From Acidobacteriota bacterium (GTDB lineage Bacteria > Acidobacteriota > UBA890 > WLXD01), in the NCBI GenBank assembly GCA_963666215.2, contig CAXWPL010000004.1:992001-1056000 (forward strand): a DNA stretch of 64,000 nt, in the 5' to 3' direction. Of this stretch, positions 60,757 to 64,000 are shown in pieces (position 1 is the stretch's first letter; every line of letters starts with the position of its first letter). The notes beneath the pieces were generated by a model that was not told the origin of the DNA, searched no databases, and saw only the letters and a list, made by a program, of their open reading frames with translations. Both the position numbers and the translations under genes were made by a program.

Positions 60757-61942
60757 GTTGGTAGAGCTCCAGGAGGTCGTCTTCAGCGACCTCGCGTGGG
60801 TTGTGGCGTGCAGTCCATTGGGTAGCGGCTTCGGCGGCGAGCGCCGGCAGCGCCGCCGCTTCGACGCCGTGGTCTCGCAGGCGCAAATCGACGCCGGTGG
60901 AGCCCCAGAGGTTCTCCAGGGCGTCGGCGAGCGAAGTGGCGTTCTGTACCGGCGCTCTCTCCAGCAAATCGTCATAGCCGTCGGCCGCCACCGCTTCGTT
61001 GTAACGCACGACGTGCGGCAGCATCATCCCTACGGCCAAGCCGTGGGTGATGTTGTAGCGTGCGGTCAACGGATTGGCGCAGGCGTGCGCCGCCCCCAGC
61101 ATCGAGCACTCGATGGCGGCGCCGGCGAGATGTGCCCCGAGCAACAGGCGGTTGCGAGCCTGCGGATCGCTGGCCACGCGCCCCTCGGCCACGACGCCGA
61201 AGCTGCGAGCGAGCAGCAACCACGCCTCGCGTGAGTACGTCTGTGAGATGGGGTTGCGAGCACTCGATACGTGGCTTTCGACGGCGTGCGAGAGGGCATC
61301 CATGGCGGTTGCCAGCGCCACCTGCCGGGGCACGGTGACGAGCAGCGCCGGGTCGAGAATCACTTCTGTGAATCGTGCTTTGGGATCGCCGCACGCCATC
61401 TTGTTGTGCGTATCGGCCTGCGCGATCAGCGCGAACGACTGCGCCTCGCTGCCGGTTCCAGCGGTTGTGGGGATTCCCACCGAGGGCAGCATAGGCAACT
61501 TCGCCTTGCCGTAGCCCCAGTAGTCGCCGATGCGGCCGCCGTTGGTGAGCACGAAGTTGACGCCCTTGGCGACGTCCATCGGACTGCCGCCGCCGAATCC
61601 GACGATGCCATCAACGTCGAGATCACGGGCGAACCGCGTGGCCGCATCGACGTGGGCAGTTGTTGGGTTCTCCTCGACTCCGTCGAAAACGAAGGCCTCG
61701 CTGCCCGTGTTCCGCAGCTCCTTGATTGAATGGTCAACGGCACCTGTGCCACGGACGCCGGCGTCGGTTACAACGAGAAGTCGTTGGCAGCCCAGCTGAG
61801 CGACGACCTGGCTCAGCTGTTGCGAAGCGCCGTCGCCAAATCGCACGGGTACGGACCCCACAACGGCACGCCAGGCCTCTCCTACCTCTCTGGCCGCCAC
61901 GGCGGACGCGCCCGCACGAACCGCTTGCGAAGGATTGCTCAA
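60746..61942 (-). CDS. Iron-containing alcohol dehydrogenase
   Basis: GGGSPMDVAK, PTTAGTGSE, DALSHAVE, GAAHA, HG. Confidence 0.92.
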   Translation of the reverse strand: MSNPSQAVRAGASAVAAREVGEAWRAVVGSVPVRFGDGASQQLSQVVAQLGCQRLLVVTDAGVRGTGAVDHSIKELRNTGSEAFVFDGVEENPTTAHVDAATRFARDLDVDGIVGFGGGSPMDVAKGVNFVLTNGGRIGDYWGYGKAKLPMLPSVGIPTTAGTGSEAQSFALIAQADTHNKMACGDPKARFTEVILDPALLVTVPRQVALATAMDALSHAVESHVSSARNPISQTYSREAWLLLARSFGVVAEGRVASDPQARNRLLLGAHLAGAAIECSMLGAAHACANPLTARYNITHGLAVGMMLPHVVRYNEAVAADGYDDLLERAPVQNATSLADALENLWGSTGVDLRLRDHGVEAAALPALAAEAATQWTARHNPREVAEDDLLELYQHAY

Positions 61943-62216
61943 GGGAGTTCGACCTGTGGGCGTGGTCGCGGCAGGGAGAGGAACGGCCGGGCAAAGCGGC
62001 CTGACTGCTTGGGCGGGGCGCCACTCAGAAAAGTACCACAGCTGGCATCCATGTCCGCGGTCGTCGGCGTGGGCTCGAGCACGGGCGGTCGCCGTCGGCC
62101 GTAGCGGACCTCTCCGGACCTTCGGGCCGGGTCGGATGAGGCGGATATGCTCCGAGTGACGGGTCGAACAGGGTCAGCTTCCGGCAAGAAGTAGCATGTG
62201 CGGGGTTCCCTACGAG

Positions 62217-62255
62217 GGGGATGTCCCACCGTCCGTTGAACTAAGGCGACGGTGA
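62217..62255 (+). repeat. IS256 terminal inverted repeat (downstream end)
   Basis: GGGGATGTCCCACCGTCCGTTGAACTAAGGCGACGGTGA. Confidence 0.85.
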
Positions 62256-62270
62256 AGTGGTTGGGGATTG

Positions 62271-63533
62271 TTACGCAGTACGGCGCTCCTGCTCAAGGGG
62301 AACGTCGACGGCGGTGTTGAGTACGGCATCGAGCTTGGCGATGTCGCGGTAGCCACGAACCCTCCGGAACTTGCTCTCGGCCTCGATGAGTGCAGTAACC
62401 GCCCATCGAACGATCATGCTCCCGGAGCGCCACCGCTTTACGTTGCGGCTGACGTGTTTGATCGTCCCGTTCAGGTTCTCGATCGTATTCGTTGAACGTA
62501 ACGTCCGAAGCAGCGGCCCCTGAACTCGGAGCCGAGTGACGGTGAGCGTCTCTTGCATTCCTTCTCTGAGCGAGGCCGCTGCACCGGGGTGATCGGTCTC
62601 CAGCTCCTTGACCACGGCGTCGAGCTGCTTGGTCGCTGCCGTGGCCGTCTCCGCCTTCCACGCCTTGCGGATCTTGGCTGCGAACCAGGGCCGGATATGC
62701 CCTGGCAGATGCTCCAATACATTCTTGATCTTGTGGACACGGCAGCGCTGGATCAGGGCCCACTCGCCGAACGTGTCGCGCACTGCTTTACGGAGGCCCT
62801 TGGAGCCATCGATTACCACCAACCGCGCCCGTTCGACGGGCATGCCGCGCTCGATCAACTGCCGCAGCAGCGACCGGCACACGTGGGAGCTCTCCGTGGT
62901 GCCCTCTACGACACCCAGCACATGCTTGACGCCGTCCGCGTCGATGCCCATGGCGATCACCAACAAGTGCTTGCCCATGTGCGTGCCGTCGATCACCAGC
63001 ACCGGCAGGTCCACTTCATTGAGCGGTTGGGCCAGGTACTGCTGCACCTGCTTGGCTGTACGCGCTACGAACCGCCGCGACACACTCGAGCGACTCGTTC
63101 CCGACGAAGCTCGCCCGTCGTCGAGCCGCTCTAACGAGCGCTCGTACTTGCGCGTCGTGACGCCGCACAGGATCTGCTCCACGGCGCGCTCTTCGAGCGG
63201 ATCTGTTGCCTTGAACCTCTCCCAGTGCGGCAGCGGCAGCTCTTGGCCATCGACGCTCCGAGCCCGCGGCTTGCGTACCTTGACCCGCCGGCCGCCCATC
63301 ACCAGCGAGCCCTCGTCGTAGCCGTGTCGGTACGCCCGCCGCTGCTGTGACCGCGCGTAGCGCTCTCCGCAGAGCTCCGCCCGGTCTTCTTCCAGCAGCG
63401 AACCCAACACCCCGAAGCCCGCGTCCATGACCAGCGCTCGTAGATCCGATCGCGCCGCTACCACTGCCTCCAGGAGCGGGTTCTCTTGGCGCTCCGCTTT
63501 CCTACTTGTCTCTGTTCTGCGACTCTTGCTCAT
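62271..63533 (-). CDS. IS256-family transposase
   Basis: GVTTRKY, LVIDG, VVIDGSKGL, QRCRVHK, STNTIENLN. Confidence 0.95.
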   Translation of the reverse strand: MSKSRRTETSRKAERQENPLLEAVVAARSDLRALVMDAGFGVLGSLLEEDRAELCGERYARSQQRRAYRHGYDEGSLVMGGRRVKVRKPRARSVDGQELPLPHWERFKATDPLEERAVEQILCGVTTRKYERSLERLDDGRASSGTSRSSVSRRFVARTAKQVQQYLAQPLNEVDLPVLVIDGTHMGKHLLVIAMGIDADGVKHVLGVVEGTTESSHVCRSLLRQLIERGMPVERARLVVIDGSKGLRKAVRDTFGEWALIQRCRVHKIKNVLEHLPGHIRPWFAAKIRKAWKAETATAATKQLDAVVKELETDHPGAAASLREGMQETLTVTRLRVQGPLLRTLRSTNTIENLNGTIKHVSRNVKRWRSGSMIVRWAVTALIEAESKFRRVRGYRDIAKLDAVLNTAVDVPLEQERRTA

Positions 63534-63586
63534 GACGGTGATCCTCCATGCCAGTGGATTGACCCCGACACACTATCGAGGTCGGA

Positions 63587-63625
63587 TCACCGTCACCCTT
63601 TTTCAACGGAGCCTGTGACATCCTC
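63587..63625 (-). repeat. IS256 terminal inverted repeat (upstream end)
   Basis: Reverse complement GAGGATGTCACAGGCTCCGTTGAAAAAGGGTGACGGTGA. Confidence 0.85.
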
Positions 63626-64000
63626 GACAATGCCGGCCCGAACTGATTCTCCGGCACGACACCAACGGCCATCACAACCGTATCGAATCCGTTCAGGACG
63701 AGATGACCTGGGACTGAGTCTTCCCGCGGCGTCCAGCCGAGCCGGAGCTGGCTGTGCCCGTGGACCGCTCTTTTGGTCTCCAGTCCACCTTGCTCGCACC
63801 TCCGGGGCGCCCGCCGGCTCTGCCACCGTTCGTCCGCGTTGTGTTCAGCCCGCTCTGCTGCCAGACTGCGCCTGTTTCCGGTTCCGCCACGTGTCTCATG
63901 ATGCGTCCGAGCCCCCTCGTCAGAATGCAATTTCCTAGCCCCTGACACGGCTCTCCCGCGTCCGTGTGAGGCGGGACGGAGTTCTCATGGAAACGCTCGC

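Larger units (their letters stand above)
62217..63625 (-). mobile_element. IS256-family insertion sequence
   Basis: 39-bp terminal inverted repeats (30/39 identical) flanking a single DDE transposase. Confidence 0.92.

Noticed and set aside
61943-62216. Riboswitch or group II intron end upstream of the Fe-ADH
   Set aside because: No cobalamin, TPP or SAM consensus could be traced, and the GTGCG at 62198 has no supporting intron domains. An Rfam scan would settle it.
63710-64000. Second IS end or gene at the right edge
   Set aside because: No partner repeat or recognisable protein. Only a possible ATG at 63987 with GGAG upstream, too short to call.

Overview
GC-rich bacterial DNA. Two PadR plus duplicated-permease (ADOP-type) modules, a third orphan PadR, a Hanks-type kinase and PQQ/TolB propellers suggest Acidobacteriota, but that is inference. 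About 50 genes or gene remnants are present. I saw no rRNA, tRNA or CRISPR array. Highlights: (1) a hidden selenoprotein candidate at 13627-14226, an AhpD/CMD-family gene split by an in-frame UGA in a CPF-UGA (CxxU) motif and followed by an fdhF-like SECIS hairpin. (2) A tightly packed 12-gene minus-strand cluster at 46050-61942 encoding Fe-alcohol dehydrogenase, PQQ propeller, HemN-like radical SAM, TonB receptor, flavin halogenase-like enzyme, small membrane protein plus Na+/solute symporter, CxxC-bearing GT4, thioesterase, LolD/FtsX-type ABC pair and an alkyltransferase-like protein. It has no NRPS, PKS or RiPP core, matches no pathway I can name, and has an IS256 lacking target duplication upstream. 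(3) Tandem secreted Cys-rich paralogs whose differences concentrate in a few loops. (4) An ABC/M1-peptidase operon with a palindromic operator, ending in a B3 metallo-beta-lactamase that appears internally deleted. Many genes are truncated, frameshifted or fused, indicating genome erosion and/or assembly error.
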